From positions 1 through 6,066 of IMG/VR virus record IMGVR_UViG_3300020041_000039: a stretch of DNA of 6,066 nt, one strand, 5' to 3'. Positions 5,953-6,066 of the stretch are shown here, piece after piece. Position 1 is the first letter of the stretch. The number at the start of each line of letters is the position of its first letter. Below the pieces are notes generated by a model. That model was not told where the DNA came from. It saw nothing but the letters and a program-made list of their open reading frames with translations, and made no database searches. Source of the stretch: a virus. The position numbers and the translations under genes are program-made.

Positions 5953-5967
5953 CAGCCGTTAAGGCTG
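5953..5967 (+). other. Short stem-loop (cagcc-gttaa-ggctg); same element as 2..16
   Basis: A perfect 5-bp stem with a 5-nt loop is followed by overlapping GC palindromes, cggccg and gccggc, at 5969..5976 (window 18..25). Confidence 0.4.
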
Positions 5968-5997
5968 TCGGCCGGCGAAACGTAGTAGTTCTCGCGA

Positions 5998-6017
5998 TCG
6001 AAAGTACCGTCTTTCGA
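5998..6017 (+). other. Stem-loop (tcgaaag-taccgt-ctttcga); same element as 47..66
   Basis: A perfect 7-bp stem with a 6-nt loop lies about 24 nt upstream of the ATG of the small ORF at 90 (6041 in the second copy). Confidence 0.5.
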
Positions 6018-6066
6018 AGCGCAAAGTAATCTTTTTAATTATGGATTATTTCGATTTTCGTCCTAG

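Larger units (their letters stand above)
5952..6066. repeat. Terminal direct repeat, copy 2 (wrap-around); contains a truncated duplicate of the start of the 90..290 ORF at 6041..6066
   Basis: Identical to 1..115. The window simply runs past the circularisation point. Confidence 0.9.

Noticed and set aside
1-6066. A check for tRNA, rRNA, CRISPR repeats, integrase/recombinase genes, toxin-antitoxin pairs or known defence/anti-defence genes.
   Set aside because: I saw no cloverleaf-like or rRNA-like segments, no regularly spaced repeats, and no ORF with the corresponding motifs. The genome is fully accounted for by the eight + strand ORFs and three short non-coding gaps.

Overview
The window is one complete circular genome of a Microviridae-like ssDNA phage, not phiX-type and closest in layout to the gokusho/alpa-like groups. 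It was linearised with a wrap-around. Bases 1..115 are repeated exactly at 5952..6066, so the unit genome is 5951 nt. All credible genes are on the + strand and tightly packed. In order they are: a small ORF (90..290); a rolling-circle Rep (290..1360) with an FITITI motif, an HFH (HUH) motif and a YcvKYVtK double-tyrosine motif; a major capsid protein (1364..3154); a small acidic ORF (3167..3463); a small membrane/lipoprotein-like ORF (3597..3788, or from 3486); a VP2/H-like DNA pilot protein (3790..5070); and two ORFs of unknown function (5151..5480, 5483..5806) that are followed by a clean intrinsic terminator. The cyclic order capsid-pilot-Rep matches gokushovirus-type genomes. Five things deserve follow-up. 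(1) A lipobox-bearing mini-protein lies between the capsid and pilot genes, and no lysis or exclusion gene is otherwise visible. (2) A 73-nt rod-like imperfect hairpin lies just upstream of it. (3) Five stem-loops cluster in the 234-nt main intergenic region. (4) An unassigned two-gene module has its own promoter-like motif and terminator. (5) No gene has a Shine-Dalgarno sequence, and one Bacteroidota-style promoter motif is present, which hints at the host. I saw no tRNA, rRNA, CRISPR array, integrase or transposase. Product calls rest on motifs recognised by eye; no database search was possible.
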